From a virus (taxonomy: Duplodnaviria; Heunggongvirae; Uroviricota; Caudoviricetes), in IMG/VR virus record IMGVR_UViG_638341086_000008: a stretch of 49,769 nucleotides of DNA; one strand, 5' to 3'. Below, piece by piece: positions 1 through 10,115 of this stretch. The stretch's first letter is position 1; every line of letters starts with the position of its first letter. A model generated the notes under the pieces. That model made no database searches. It was not told where the DNA came from and saw nothing but the letters and a program-made list of their open reading frames with translations. The position numbers were made by a program, and so were the translations under genes.

Positions 1-19
1 CTATTTGATAAATATTAAA

Positions 20-130
20 TTAATTTTTCATTGCTTCGTTATGGGGCATGGTTGGGGCAAACTCGCTTAACTGTGTATTTAACAAAGCTACCTGTGCATT
101 ATTGTTTTCAGACATCCATTTTCCGTATAC
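20..130 (-). pseudogene. int: 3' fragment of the prophage tyrosine integrase gene, displaced by the IS66-family insertion; encodes VYGKWMSENNNAQVALLNTQLSEFAPTMPHNEAMKN including the presumed catalytic Tyr
   Basis: Manual translation of the minus strand from 130 continues in frame with the int ORF at 2836..4022 once the IS (137..2835) and one copy of the 8-bp duplication are removed; stop TAA at 22..20; the Y-G-K-W motif follows the G-H box as expected for tyrosine recombinases. Confidence 0.7.
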
Positions 131-189
131 CTGAAAGTAACCGGCTCATTTAAACCGTCTGGTCTGTTTCCTCCGGCTCTACAAAAATA

Positions 190-867
190 ATGTCCATCAT
201 TTTTAATGGACACTATCGTATGAAACACCGGACCTGGATCACTGAAGCTTTACGTCTTCACTTTGAAGAACATTTACCCCGGGTTGTGGCCGGGCGTCGC
301 CTGAGTGTACCAAAATCAACAGTTTGTAGTATGTTCGTGCGCTTTCGGAGAGCTGGCCTTTCGTGGCCTTTGCCCGCAGGCATGTCGGAGCAGGAACTTG
401 ATGCCTGCCTTTACGGACAATTTTCCACGGTACCAGTCGTACGTCCTGAAAGCACCGTTATATCCGAAGCCCCCGTGGTAAAAAAACGTCCCCGGCGGCC
501 CAACTTCCCTTATGAGTTTAAAATCGCCTTAGTGGAGCAGTCACTACAGCCCGGAGCCTGTGTGGCGCAGATCGCCCGGGAAAACGGAATCAACGATAAC
601 CTGCTCTTCAACTGGCGCCATCAATACCGGAAAGGTGGCCTGCTGCCTTCCGGAAAAAATATGCCGGCACTGCTTCCCGTGACGTTAACGCCGGAGCCGG
701 ATAATAAAATCCCGGCCCCCGCACAGGAACCAGAGCAGATAAATACACCGTCCGACAGTCTGTGTTGTGAGCTGGTTCTGCCGGCCGGAACTCTCAGGCT
801 TAAAGGTAAACTGACGCCGGCGTTATTACAGACACTTATCCGCGAAATAAAAGGGAGCAGCCACTGA
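190..867 (+). CDS. tnpA: IS66-family accessory protein TnpA with an unusual ~95 aa N-terminal extension
   Basis: C-terminal half (PNFPYEFKIALVEQSLQPGACVAQIARENGINDNLLFNWR) matches the HTH of the other two IS66 TnpA copies in this window; the N-terminal part (..RAGLSWPLPAGMSEQELDACLYG) resembles an IstA-like HTH region. Confidence 0.7.
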   Translation: MSIIFNGHYRMKHRTWITEALRLHFEEHLPRVVAGRRLSVPKSTVCSMFVRFRRAGLSWPLPAGMSEQELDACLYGQFSTVPVVRPESTVISEAPVVKKRPRRPNFPYEFKIALVEQSLQPGACVAQIARENGINDNLLFNWRHQYRKGGLLPSGKNMPALLPVTLTPEPDNKIPAPAQEPEQINTPSDSLCCELVLPAGTLRLKGKLTPALLQTLIREIKGSSH

Positions 868-1214
868 TGATATCTCTCCCTGCAGGTTCGCGTATCTGGC
901 TGGTTGCAGGTATCACCGATATGCGAAATGGCTTTAACGGCCTGGCATCAAAAGTTCAGAACGTCCTGAAGGATGACCCGTTCTCCGGACACCTGTTCAT
1001 CTTCCGCGGACGCCGGGGTGACCAGATAAAAGTGTTGTGGGCTGACAGTGACGGACTGTGCCTCTTCACCAAACGCCAGGAGCGGGGCCGCTTCGTCTGG
1101 CCAGTCACCCGTGACGGCAAGGTGCACCTTACTCCGGCTCAGTTATCCATGCTTCTTGAAGGTATCAACTGGAAGCACCCGAAACGAACGGAACGCGCTG
1201 GAATCCGCATATAA
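867..1214 (+). CDS. tnpB: IS66-family TnpB (Orf2)
   Basis: 115 aa; ATGA overlap with tnpA; motif LVAGITDMRNGFNGLA...LFIFRGRRGD...LCLF conserved with the two other copies in the window. Confidence 0.85.
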   Translation: MISLPAGSRIWLVAGITDMRNGFNGLASKVQNVLKDDPFSGHLFIFRGRRGDQIKVLWADSDGLCLFTKRQERGRFVWPVTRDGKVHLTPAQLSMLLEGINWKHPKRTERAGIRI

Positions 1215-1233
1215 CCCGTTGTAAAGTGAGGAT

Positions 1234-2805
1234 ATGGACACCTCACTTGCTCATGAGAACGCCCGCCTGCGGGCACTGTTGCAGACGCAACAGGACACCA
1301 TCCGCCAGATGGCTGAATACAACCGCCTGCTCTCACAGCGGGTGGCGGCTTATGCTTCCGAAATCAACCGGCTGAAGGCGCTGGTTGCGAAACTGCAACG
1401 TATGCAGTTCGGTAAAAGCTCAGAAAAACTTCGTGCAAAAACCGAACGGCAGATACAGGAAGCACAGGAGCGAATCAGCGCACTTCAGGAAGAAATGGCG
1501 GAAACGCTGGGTGAGCAATATGACCCGGTACTGCCATCCGCCCTGCGCCAGTCTTCAGCCCGTAAACCGTTACCGGCCTCACTTCCCCGTGAAACCCGGG
1601 TTATCCGGCCGGAAGAGGAATGCTGTCCTGCCTGTGGTGGTGAACTCAGTTCTCTGGGATGTGATGTGTCAGAGCAACTGGAGCTTATCAGCAGCGCCTT
1701 TAAGGTTATCGAAACACAACGTCCGAAACAGGCCTGTTGCCGGTGCGACCATATCGTGCAGGCACCAGTACCTTCAAAACCCATTGCACGCAGTTATGCC
1801 GGAGCGGGGCTTCTGGCCCATGTTGTCACCGGGAAATATGCAGACCATCTGCCGTTATACCGCCAGTCAGAAATATACCGTCGTCAGGGAGTGGAGCTGA
1901 GCCGTGCCACACTGGGGCGCTGGACAGGTGCTGTTGCTGAACTGCTGGAGCCGCTGTATGACGTCCTGCGCCAGTATGTGCTGATGCCCGGTAAAGTCCA
2001 TGCTGATGATATCCCCGTCCCGGTCCAGGAGCCGGGCAGCGGTAAAACCCGGACAGCCCGGCTGTGGGTCTACGTCCGTGATGACCGTAACGCCGGTTCA
2101 CAGATGCCCCCGGCGGTCTGGTTCGCGTACAGTCCGGACCGGAAAGGTATCCATCCACAAAATCACCTGGCCGGTTACAGCGGTGTGCTTCAGGCCGATG
2201 CTTACGGTGGTTACCGGGCGTTATACGAATCCGGCAGAATAACGGAAGCCGCGTGTATGGCTCATGCCCGGAGAAAAATCCACGATGTGCATGCAAGAGC
2301 GCCCACCTACATCACCACGGAAGCCCTGCAGCGTATCGGTGAACTGTATGCCATCGAGGCAGAGGTCCGGGGCTGTTCAGCAGAACAGCGTCTGGCGGCA
2401 AGAAAAGCCAGAGCCGCGCCACTGATGCAGTCACTGTATGACTGGATACAGCAACAGATGAAAACACTGTCGCGTCACTCAGATACGGCAAAAGCGTTCG
2501 CATACCTGCTGAAACAGTGGGATGCACTGAACGTGTACTGCAGTAATGGCTGGGTGGAAATCGACAACAACATCGCAGAGAACGCCTTACGGGGAGTGGC
2601 CGTAGGCCGGAAAAACTGGATGTTCGCGGGTTCCGACAGCGGTGGTGAACATGCGGCGGTGTTGTACTCGCTGATCGGCACATGCCGTCTGAACAATGTG
2701 GAGCCAGAAAAGTGGCTGCGTTACGTCATTGAACATATCCAGGACTGGCCGGCAAACCGGGTACGCGATCTGTTGCCCTGGAAAGTTGATCTGAGCTCTC
2801 AGTAA
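1234..2805 (+). CDS. tnpC: IS66-family transposase TnpC (intact, 523 aa)
   Basis: N-terminal leucine-zipper-like region, CxxC...CxxC zinc-finger motifs, DDE-type core; full length with no frameshift, unlike copies 2 and 3. Confidence 0.85.
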   Translation: MDTSLAHENARLRALLQTQQDTIRQMAEYNRLLSQRVAAYASEINRLKALVAKLQRMQFGKSSEKLRAKTERQIQEAQERISALQEEMAETLGEQYDPVLPSALRQSSARKPLPASLPRETRVIRPEEECCPACGGELSSLGCDVSEQLELISSAFKVIETQRPKQACCRCDHIVQAPVPSKPIARSYAGAGLLAHVVTGKYADHLPLYRQSEIYRRQGVELSRATLGRWTGAVAELLEPLYDVLRQYVLMPGKVHADDIPVPVQEPGSGKTRTARLWVYVRDDRNAGSQMPPAVWFAYSPDRKGIHPQNHLAGYSGVLQADAYGGYRALYESGRITEAACMAHARRKIHDVHARAPTYITTEALQRIGELYAIEAEVRGCSAEQRLAARKARAAPLMQSLYDWIQQQMKTLSRHSDTAKAFAYLLKQWDALNVYCSNGWVEIDNNIAENALRGVAVGRKNWMFAGSDSGGEHAAVLYSLIGTCRLNNVEPEKWLRYVIEHIQDWPANRVRDLLPWKVDLSSQ

Positions 2806-2831
2806 ATATCAATACGGTTCTGACGAGTCGC

Positions 2832-4022
2832 TTACACCTGAAATACCATTTGCGCATCTGCATGGCCCATCTGGTTTGCTATAAATGCCGGGTTAGCACC
2901 AGCTGTCAGCGACCAGCAGGCATAAGTATGTCTCGACTGATATGATTTTCGATGGCGGAGTCCGGCACGTTTTATCGCTGCGTCCCACATCTGCCTTATT
3001 GAGTCAACGGTAAAATGGTCACCATAATTTTTTACTCTCGCTGACACTTCAGGTTGAAAAACAAAGGTGCATTTTTGTTTTTCTGTTCTGCCATACTCTC
3101 TGAGGTGAACATCAATGATATGCTCTTTGCTCAGTCTCGTTAATGTCATCTGACTCCGGAGAGCGTCGATTGCTGGCTTAATAAGATGAATGACCCGATT
3201 GGTTCCCGCCTGTGTTTTTGGTACCGTGAAACGGTCTTTTGCTAAATTTCTCCTGATCATCATTGTTCCATTTTTCAGATCTATGTCCTCCCATCCAAGT
3301 GCACACAGCTCACCAGGGCGAACGCCAGTATAAACAGAAACACACCATAAATTTTTTGCTTGCTGATTTCTGCACGCATCGATAAGACGGATAAATTCCT
3401 CCCGCGCAAGAGGATCCGGAATGGTTCTTGATTCCTTTAATGGCGAGATCCCCTTAAACGGATTATCTGCCAGGTAACCGTTATCAACACCAAACTGGAA
3501 CACGGCGTTAAGATTTGTCATGTAATTATTTACAGTTACAGCCGTTCTCCCTGGTTGTGTAACAATATAGTTACTTTTGGGGATCTGGTATCCAGTCAGT
3601 AGCTCTTTACGAACCTCCAGTAATTTTTCTTTATTAATCGATGAGGCAAGATTTTTTTCACCGATTATGCTCAGGATATTTTTGATGACGGCACGGTATG
3701 TGTTGAGTGATGTTTTGGCGACTTCAGTTTCTTTCAGTGCCAGAAATTTTTCAGCCAGTTCTTTTATGGTTAAATCTTGTCGGGCCTCACCAAATTTTTC
3801 CAGATTGCGTGAGGAGGGAAACTGTTTTGCATAGTCGAAAACACCAGTTTTTATTGCGTAACAAACAGAGGAGCGTAGTTCACCTGCAACGCGCCTGTTT
3901 TTTGCTGTGTCAGGAACCCCCAGATTTTCCCTGACTCTTACGCCTTTATAAACAAACCAGATACGTAATTTCCCTCCATGGTTTTCCACGCCTGTCGGAT
4001 ATTTCATTTCAACTTCTCTCAT
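2832..4022 (-). pseudogene. int: Prophage tyrosine integrase, truncated at the C-terminus by IS66 insertion (stop codon supplied by the IS terminus)
   Basis: 396-aa ORF with integrase boxes (..RHTYACWSL.., ..MGHADAQMVFQV) ends at a TAA lying inside the IS end (2832..2834); native int sequence starts at 2836; the catalytic Tyr codon lies in the displaced fragment at 20..130. Confidence 0.8.
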
Positions 4023-4041
4023 TAGTTAGTGTGGCTTTTAG

Positions 4042-4293
4042 TCAAGTAAGATGACGTCTTGGTCTCGCTGATGCCTGGCGCTCAATCCAGCGATCAATTT
4101 CTTCCAGGTTGTAAAAGCATGGACTGTTATCCCATGGCATACCGTCATGAGCGACATGCTTATATTCCCTTCCTTCCATAAACGATTTTTCCCGGGCCTT
4201 TTTTAACGTACCTTTTTTTATTCCTTTCAGCGCAATTAACTGCTCTTCGGATACCCATTTGCCGGGAGAGACAATCATGATTACTTCGCTCAT
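4042..4293 (-). CDS. xis: Putative excisionase / small DNA-binding protein downstream of int
   Basis: 83-aa basic ORF immediately adjacent to int in the canonical int-xis position; function assigned by position and size only. Confidence 0.45.
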   Translation of the reverse strand: MSEVIMIVSPGKWVSEEQLIALKGIKKGTLKKAREKSFMEGREYKHVAHDGMPWDNSPCFYNLEEIDRWIERQASARPRRHLT

Positions 4294-4365
4294 CGATTTC
4301 TTTATCTCTTACATCAGACGAGCGCCGGTTGCAGAATACCAGTCACAACCGGCGACAGTTGAACA

Positions 4366-6837
4366 TTAAGAATCAGCCTGACTCGGGATCAGTTTTTGCC
4401 AGATAACTGAAACGTATTTTGCCTGGTAACGGGCGTCATCAAGTGCATTATGGCGCTCACCTTCGAATGGAATAGCCGTTCTGGCATCGAAGTCTATGGC
4501 TTTCCCCAGCTCAACGATTGTGCGTACATCGCGATCGTTGTAGTAACGCCACGGGCAGGGGATCCCCTGCCGTTCGTATGAACGGCGCAAAATCGTGTTG
4601 TCGAAGTTGGCTCCATTTCCCCAAACCTGAACAAAAAATTCACCGGAGTTTTCGTCGATAAATTCCCGCAATTGTAACAGTGCATCATCTAACGGGATTT
4701 CATCGGTCATAATGGCAGATTGCGCTTCGCGTGATTGCTTAAGCCACCATTTAATGGTGTCCCGATCAATGACTCCGCCAGCAGTTTCCAGATCGATAGT
4801 CTTACTAAATTCCGGTCCCATATCTCCGGTTTGCGGATCGAAAAATATTGCACCTATTGAGATGATCGGGGCATCAGGATTTTTTCCCATGGTTTCAAGG
4901 TCGATCATTAGATGGTCACACGTCCTGCTGGTGGATGTGATTTCGTGATGACCGTTCACCTTAATTGGGTGATCTGCCGTCTCGCCAGTTTCATTATCGC
5001 TATTGTGATGCTGATTGCCGCCAGTGTTCTCCTTGTGTGGATGTTCAGCGCCTTCCATTTCCTCCGGATCATCTTCCTGAACTTCAACCTGATACTCTTC
5101 ATCGAATGTTTCTTGGTATGTTGCGTCGCCCATCACCGCGCCACAATCAGGGCAGTTGCCGTCGCCGGTCTGACCGCAGGCGGTGCAGGCTTTTTCCACT
5201 TCCTGTTGCGCCACTGGTTCAGGCTGTTTCGTTTCTGGCTCGTTTTGTAACGCATTTGGACTGTTTTGTTCCGCTTTTTGGTAGTTCCGTTCCGATTCAT
5301 GCTGGTTCTGGTTCACAGAATCGCGGGTCTGGATCCCCTTAACCCATTTCGGATCATTCGGGTCACTAATCCCTTCAACAAATTCACCACGTGATGCAGC
5401 AAGCAACTTATCGGCGTCAGGCTGGCTGATATTGGCTGCCTGCATAATTTTGTTTACTTCGTCAGCGGTAACTTTTATCGGCTCTGGTTGTTCTGAATCT
5501 TCAGCGGTATCTACATTTTGCGGTAAGCCCGTGTATGTGCCATTTTTTCGGGCAAAATATTCTTCTTTTGTGATTTCAGTGGCGCCAGCAGCCAGTGCCT
5601 TATCCAGACCAGAAAGTTTGTTTGCGCGACCGTATTTTTCTCCGTCCTTATCTGCGAAGAGGAAATAGAACGGCCCCTCACGCTCTACAGATGGTTCAGC
5701 TTCCGGCGCGGTTTCATTTTTTGGGATATCAGATACCTCAGTTTCCACTGCATCAGTTTGTGTTTCTGATGACTGGAGAACATCAACAGTGCCCAGGTCT
5801 GTTTCTTCATTCTCAAACACGCCCTTTGTCGTCAGGTATTCGCAGATATATTTGTTCAGTGCTACGGGATCTTTGTGAATGTCGATCGGACGCTCACGGA
5901 CAAGGCCAAAAATAGTTTGGCGGTCGTAGCGAAGGGCATCAGGCTGTTTGCGCATTGATGCCGAGATACGCTTCCAGTCTTCGCGGTCGTTGTCGATAAC
6001 TTCTTTTTTTGCCCAGCGATGGATGCTGCCGTCAATGTTTCCGGCATCCACATCACCAGGCCAGAGAGCGTAGGCCAGTTCGTCATCCAGTGTTTTCCAT
6101 GTCTGCTTGTATTCGCGATGAATGGCAGCAATGACCGGGCTGATTTTTCCTGTTGAATTTTCAGTGTACTGTTGATTGGCTCTGGCGCGGGCGAGATCAA
6201 CAACAGACGTGTATTTTCCGGTTTCCTTGCGTTCACCTTCGCGACGTTTTTTCCAGATGCGCATCTCTGCCTGAATTTCGGGCCATTTAGCACCAGGAAT
6301 ACATTTATGCTTAACCCACCCAATGGCGTGCAACTTAAGCTCCGGATACATGGCGTTAACTTCTGGCATTTTCATCAACGCTTCAACGATATGTCCGTCG
6401 AATGTTGCCATGTCTTCCTGCAACAATTCCTGTGCGCTAATAACCATATCAACGGTGATGTTTTCACATGTGTCGAACTTAACCATGACAGCGTTCTGTA
6501 CTTCAGGGGCCAGCTTGTCAAAAGTGACGTTCATCGGATCGGATTCAGTCTCAACCGGGACAAAAGAAGCAGACTCCTCATCCCAGCGGTTTTCCTGCAT
6601 ATATTCAGCATCCCATGAATCGAGGGCAGGGCGGGGTATGCCAGGTTTATCCTCGCAGACAATAAATTTATAAGCGCAGTCCTGAGCAGCCGGATAATGT
6701 TCCAGGAACTGCCAGTGAAATTTTGCTCGAGCACGGCGTTCGTCGCCAGCTTCAATGGCTGTGGCTACAGCCACAGCGCCTTCTTCCCTTGTTGCCAGTT
6801 CGTCAGGAATAGCGGCGCAAATAAAGACTTTACTCAT
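4366..6837 (-). CDS. Large phage exonuclease-like protein: C-terminal DnaQ-like (DEDDh) 3'-5' exonuclease domain, central Cys4 zinc ribbon, long acidic linker
   Basis: 823-aa ORF; C-terminus carries exonuclease motifs (MIDLETMG..., ...HNALDDARY); CTACG...CPDCG zinc ribbon; position next to xis matches the early-left exo slot of lambdoid phages. Confidence 0.65.
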   Translation of the reverse strand: MSKVFICAAIPDELATREEGAVAVATAIEAGDERRARAKFHWQFLEHYPAAQDCAYKFIVCEDKPGIPRPALDSWDAEYMQENRWDEESASFVPVETESDPMNVTFDKLAPEVQNAVMVKFDTCENITVDMVISAQELLQEDMATFDGHIVEALMKMPEVNAMYPELKLHAIGWVKHKCIPGAKWPEIQAEMRIWKKRREGERKETGKYTSVVDLARARANQQYTENSTGKISPVIAAIHREYKQTWKTLDDELAYALWPGDVDAGNIDGSIHRWAKKEVIDNDREDWKRISASMRKQPDALRYDRQTIFGLVRERPIDIHKDPVALNKYICEYLTTKGVFENEETDLGTVDVLQSSETQTDAVETEVSDIPKNETAPEAEPSVEREGPFYFLFADKDGEKYGRANKLSGLDKALAAGATEITKEEYFARKNGTYTGLPQNVDTAEDSEQPEPIKVTADEVNKIMQAANISQPDADKLLAASRGEFVEGISDPNDPKWVKGIQTRDSVNQNQHESERNYQKAEQNSPNALQNEPETKQPEPVAQQEVEKACTACGQTGDGNCPDCGAVMGDATYQETFDEEYQVEVQEDDPEEMEGAEHPHKENTGGNQHHNSDNETGETADHPIKVNGHHEITSTSRTCDHLMIDLETMGKNPDAPIISIGAIFFDPQTGDMGPEFSKTIDLETAGGVIDRDTIKWWLKQSREAQSAIMTDEIPLDDALLQLREFIDENSGEFFVQVWGNGANFDNTILRRSYERQGIPCPWRYYNDRDVRTIVELGKAIDFDARTAIPFEGERHNALDDARYQAKYVSVIWQKLIPSQADS

Positions 6838-7146
6838 TTTGTTTTAACCTCATGACAGATTTAAGGATGAACAAATCCCTGCCATTGCTGGCATATAAGA
6901 ATGAAACCGGATATTTATTACGGAACTGTTTTAAAGACCTGCCGGGATTTCGATATTATCCTGGTGAATAACTTTATCGACCGGGTAACAGTTACCGGGA
7001 ATTTTCTGTTCGGTTGCTGCAGTCATACACTCCTGCATTGTCCTGTGAACACTGACTGCAATATCAACTGGCACTCCGGAAACAAGAAAAACTGAACCGC
7101 CCCGGGAATCCTGGAGACTAAACTTCCTGAGAAAGAGGTAAACAGG

Positions 7147-7473
7147 ATGACTAAAAATACTCGTTTTTCCCCTGAAGTCCGTCAACGGGCAGTCCGTATG
7201 GTTCTGGAAAGTCAGGGCGAATATGACTCACAATGGGCGACAATTTGTTCCATTGCTCCAAAGATTGGCTGTACGCCGGAGACTCTGCGTGTCTGGGTTC
7301 GCCAGCATGAGCGGGATACCGGGGGCGGTGATGGAGGGCTCACCACCGCTGAACGTCAGCGTCTGAAAGAGCTGGAGCGTGAAAATCGTGAACTGCGCCG
7401 CAGTAACGATATCCTTCGCCAGGCTTCCGCTTATTTTGCGAAGGCGGAGTTCGACCGCCTCTGGAAAAAATAA
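7147..7473 (+). CDS. IS629 OrfA (HTH/leucine zipper transposase subunit)
   Basis: 108 aa, [19 protein letters not shown]...; identical to the inverted copy at 17729..18055. Confidence 0.9.
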   Translation: MTKNTRFSPEVRQRAVRMVLESQGEYDSQWATICSIAPKIGCTPETLRVWVRQHERDTGGGDGGLTTAERQRLKELERENRELRRSNDILRQASAYFAKAEFDRLWKK

Positions 7474-8360
7474 TGCCACTGCTGGATAAGCTGCGTGAGC
7501 AGTGCGGGGTCGGACCGGTATGCAGTGAACTGCATATTGCCCCGTCAACGTATTACCACTGTCAGCAACAGCGACATCATCCGGATAAACGCAGTGCCCG
7601 TGCGCAGCGCGATGACTGGCTGAAGAAAGAGATACAGCGCGTATACGATGAAAATCACAAGGTATACGGTGTGCGTAAAGTCTGGCGTCAGTTGTTACGG
7701 GAAGGTATCAGAGTGGCCAGATGCACTGTGGCACGTCTCATGGCGGTTATGGGACTTGCCGGTGTTCTCCGGGGTAAAAAGGTCCGTACGACCATCAGCC
7801 GGAAAGCCGTTGCCGCAGGCGACCGCGTAAACCGTCAGTTCGTGGCAGAACGACCTGACCAGCTGTGGGTGGCTGATTTTACTTACGTCAGCACATGGCA
7901 GGGCTTCGTCTATGTGGCGTTCATCATTGATGTGTTTGCCGGATACATTGTGGGGTGGCGGGTCTCATCGTCCATGGAGACGACATTCGTGCTGGATGCA
8001 CTGGAGCAGGCGTTATGGGCCCGTCGACCGTCCGGCACGGTCCATCACAGTGATAAAGGTTCTCAGTATGTATCGCTGGCCTACACACAGCGGCTTAAGG
8101 AAGCCGGATTACTGGCATCAACAGGAAGTACAGGCGACTCGTATGACAACGCGATGGCGGAGAGCATCAATGGTCTTTACAAAGCGGAGGTAATACACCG
8201 TAAGAGCTGGAAAAACCGTGCAGAAGTGGAACTGGCCACACTCACGTGGGTGGACTGGTATAACAATCGACGATTGCTGGAAAGGCTGGGCCATACTCCT
8301 CCGGCAGAAGCAGAAAAAGCTTATTATGCTTCCATCGGAAACGATGATCTGGCAGCCTGA
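7473..8360 (+). CDS. IS629 OrfB (DDE transposase catalytic subunit); probably expressed as OrfAB by -1 frameshift in the A6 run at 7464..7469
   Basis: 295 aa with DDE integrase core; reading frame is -1 relative to orfA; identical to the copy at 16842..17729. Confidence 0.9.
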   Translation: MPLLDKLREQCGVGPVCSELHIAPSTYYHCQQQRHHPDKRSARAQRDDWLKKEIQRVYDENHKVYGVRKVWRQLLREGIRVARCTVARLMAVMGLAGVLRGKKVRTTISRKAVAAGDRVNRQFVAERPDQLWVADFTYVSTWQGFVYVAFIIDVFAGYIVGWRVSSSMETTFVLDALEQALWARRPSGTVHHSDKGSQYVSLAYTQRLKEAGLLASTGSTGDSYDNAMAESINGLYKAEVIHRKSWKNRAEVELATLTWVDWYNNRRLLERLGHTPPAEAEKAYYASIGNDDLAA

Positions 8361-8431
8361 GTTCACAGATAAAACACTCTCCAGGAAACCCGGGGCGGTT
8401 CAGTATACGGCCATTTATACAGGAAAAGCCT

Positions 8432-8602
8432 ATGTCAGAACGTAAAAACTCAAAATCACGCCGTAATTATCTCGTTAAATGTTCCTGCCCAAACTGCACC
8501 CAAGAGTCAGAACACAGTTTTTCAAGAGTACAAAAAGGTGCCCTTTTGATCTGCCCTCATTGCAACAAAGTATTCCAGACAAATCTTAAAGCTGTAGCCT
8601 GA
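8432..8602 (+). CDS. Small zinc-ribbon protein (56 aa, CxxC...CxxC), hypothetical
   Basis: Manually translated ORF MSERKNSKSRRNYLVKCSCPNCTQESEHSFSRVQKGALLICPHCNKVFQTNLKAVA; below the 60-aa cut-off of the ORF track; two CxxC pairs. Confidence 0.35.
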   Translation: MSERKNSKSRRNYLVKCSCPNCTQESEHSFSRVQKGALLICPHCNKVFQTNLKAVA

Positions 8603-8659
8603 TTGATTTTATTAGTAACAAGTATTTTTTATATTTTAATAATATATTTAAAGCAGATA

Positions 8660-8684
8660 ATAAAAAACCCGCCTGAGCGGGTTT
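8660..8684 (-). terminator. Rho-independent terminator hairpin (AAACCCGC-ctga-GCGGGTTT) with flanking A/T runs, downstream of cspB
   Basis: Perfect 8-bp GC-rich stem, 4-nt loop, T-run on the minus strand. Confidence 0.5.
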
Positions 8685-8965
8685 GAGATTGTGGTGCTTT
8701 TTGTGGGAGTCATCCACTTACGCACTTTGTTTTGCCATGCCAGCAGTTAGCTTCTGCTGTAAAACTATTCATGCAGCAAACCTGCACTTCACCACAATGG
8801 TTAGCATACTTTTCCTGATTAAGATTTTGCCAAATATGCTAGCCATTGTTTCATGTATTGGACCTCCTTACTTTTTATTAAAGAGATCCAATATTCACTA
8901 CTCTGTCCGTATCTCTACTCAGGCATCAGCCTTCTTCGTTATCGTATACAGACGAGCGATGAATT

Positions 8966-9181
8966 TTAATCAGTAATGATGACATTTGCTGCTGCAGGAC
9001 CTTTAGCACCACTCTCTATAGAGAAGGTAACCTTTTGACCTTCAAATAAGGTTCGATAATTATCATTCTGAATCGCAGAAAAATGCACAAACACATCTTT
9101 ACTACCATCAACAGGAGAAATAAAGCCGAAACCTTTATCAGCGTTAAACCATTTTACTAAACCAGTCATTTTATTTGACAT
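8966..9181 (-). CDS. cspB: Cold-shock protein CspB-like (CspA family)
   Basis: 71 aa, [21 protein letters not shown]... with RNP1/RNP2 cold-shock domain motifs. Confidence 0.85.
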   Translation of the reverse strand: MSNKMTGLVKWFNADKGFGFISPVDGSKDVFVHFSAIQNDNYRTLFEGQKVTFSIESGAKGPAAANVIITD

Positions 9182-9481
9182 TCTACATTCCTTAACTTGA
9201 GCCTTTCGGCATAAATGGTTTGCATAACAGAAACGACTTCGTACTTAATTGGAGAGACTCAAAGAAGGAATAAGTGAATAACACCTGAAATGAGAACTGC
9301 TTTAGTAAACTACTTCGTATATCGTCTGTTCTTCAAACCGACGCAATCATTAACGCATAGTTGAACATATGAAGCAATGTTTATTTTAGACATCCAGCCA
9401 TCTTCAACCCCATCAAAAAACTATAGCTTTCTTCAGGAACGTGTGTATAGTGCGCCAAGTTATCAGTATTAAGGAATTTTT

Positions 9482-9694
9482 TTGTCCCGTAAAATGACAG
9501 GAATTGTCAAAACCTTTGACGGCAAAAGCGGCAAGGGTCTTATCACCCCATCCGATGGTCGTATCGATGTCCAGCTTCATGTTTCAGCGCTCAATCTCCG
9601 CGATGCAGAAGAAATTACCACCGGATTACGCGTGGAATTTTGCCGGATAAATGGTCTGCGTGGCCCTTCAGCTGCCAATGTTTACCTTTCATGA
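9482..9694 (+). CDS. cspF: Cold-shock-like protein CspF-like
   Basis: 70 aa, [23 protein letters not shown]...; divergently arranged with cspB as in Qin-type prophages. Confidence 0.8.
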
Positions 9695-9978
9695 GCTATA
9701 TTAAAGCTTTAATTTCAGGCCCCATCGGATCACACATGGAGAGTTTTTATGAATAACCCCGTCTGTCTTGATGACTGGTTGATTGGCTTTAAAAGCTTAT
9801 GCTGTACTTTGGCCGTAATAGCTCTGCTAATAATATAATAAGCAGACTCATTGTGTTTAGGGACATTGTACTGGAAGAAAACATTTTAAACATCAGGCAA
9901 ATAACCAAGTCACCAGCTAAATAATAAGTTAACAGACATGAGTCCCGGGATGAGATTCAACATTACCATTGCCCCATT

Positions 9979-10009
9979 TAAAGCACAAAACCCGCTCATC
10001 AGCGGGTTT
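9979..10009 (-). terminator. tR'-like intrinsic terminator just downstream of the late promoter (possibly bidirectional)
   Basis: Hairpin AAAACCCGC-tcatca-GCGGGTTTT followed by a T-rich tract on the minus strand; sits about 40 nt downstream of the predicted promoter, as lambda tR' follows pR'. Confidence 0.55.
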
Positions 10010-10055
10010 TCTACTTTTTCTTAACGTCGGGTATACAAAGCCCATCGTTGAAAAA

Positions 10056-10084
10056 ATTTTATCCATATTTTTTGAAAAATGCAA
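10056..10084 (-). promoter_or_regulatory. Candidate Q-dependent late promoter (pR'-like): TTGCAT - 17 bp - TAAAAT
   Basis: Sigma70-like -35/-10 with 17-bp spacer, immediately downstream of the antiterminator Q gene and upstream of the hairpin at 9979..10009. Confidence 0.5.
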
Positions 10085-10115
10085 ACATCATGTCGCCATC
10101 TTCAGCAAAAATCAT

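Larger units (their letters stand above)
137..2835 (+). mobile_element. IS66-family insertion sequence, copy 1 (tnpA-tnpB-tnpC intact), inserted in the integrase gene
   Basis: Three-ORF IS66 organisation; ends GTAACCGGCTC... (left) and ...GAGTCGCTTAC (right) form imperfect inverted repeats; flanked by a perfect 8-bp direct repeat ACCTGAAA at 129..136 and 2836..2843. Confidence 0.8.
7093..8402 (+). mobile_element. IS629 (IS3 family), copy 1
   Basis: 1310 bp bounded by TGAACCGCCCCGGG... and ...CCCGGGGCGGTTCA terminal inverted repeats; orfA/orfB with overlap in an A-run; no flanking direct repeat detectable. Confidence 0.85.

Noticed and set aside
1385-2696. Several 60-170 aa ORFs on both strands inside IS66 tnpC (e.g. 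1385..1900, 1826..2296, 2312..2683)
   Set aside because: Fully nested within the well-supported TnpC reading frame; GC-rich sequence generates alternative-frame ORFs.
6931-7185. 84-aa minus-strand ORF spanning the left IS629 terminus
   Set aside because: Its 5' half is IS629 sequence, so it is a chimeric read-through ORF; the part outside the IS is only about 30 codons with a poor ribosome-binding site.
8690-8965. Short minus-strand ORF with strong Shine-Dalgarno (TAAGGAGG, 11 codons) downstream of cspB
   Set aside because: Too short to call; could be a leader or regulatory peptide but there is no supporting structure.
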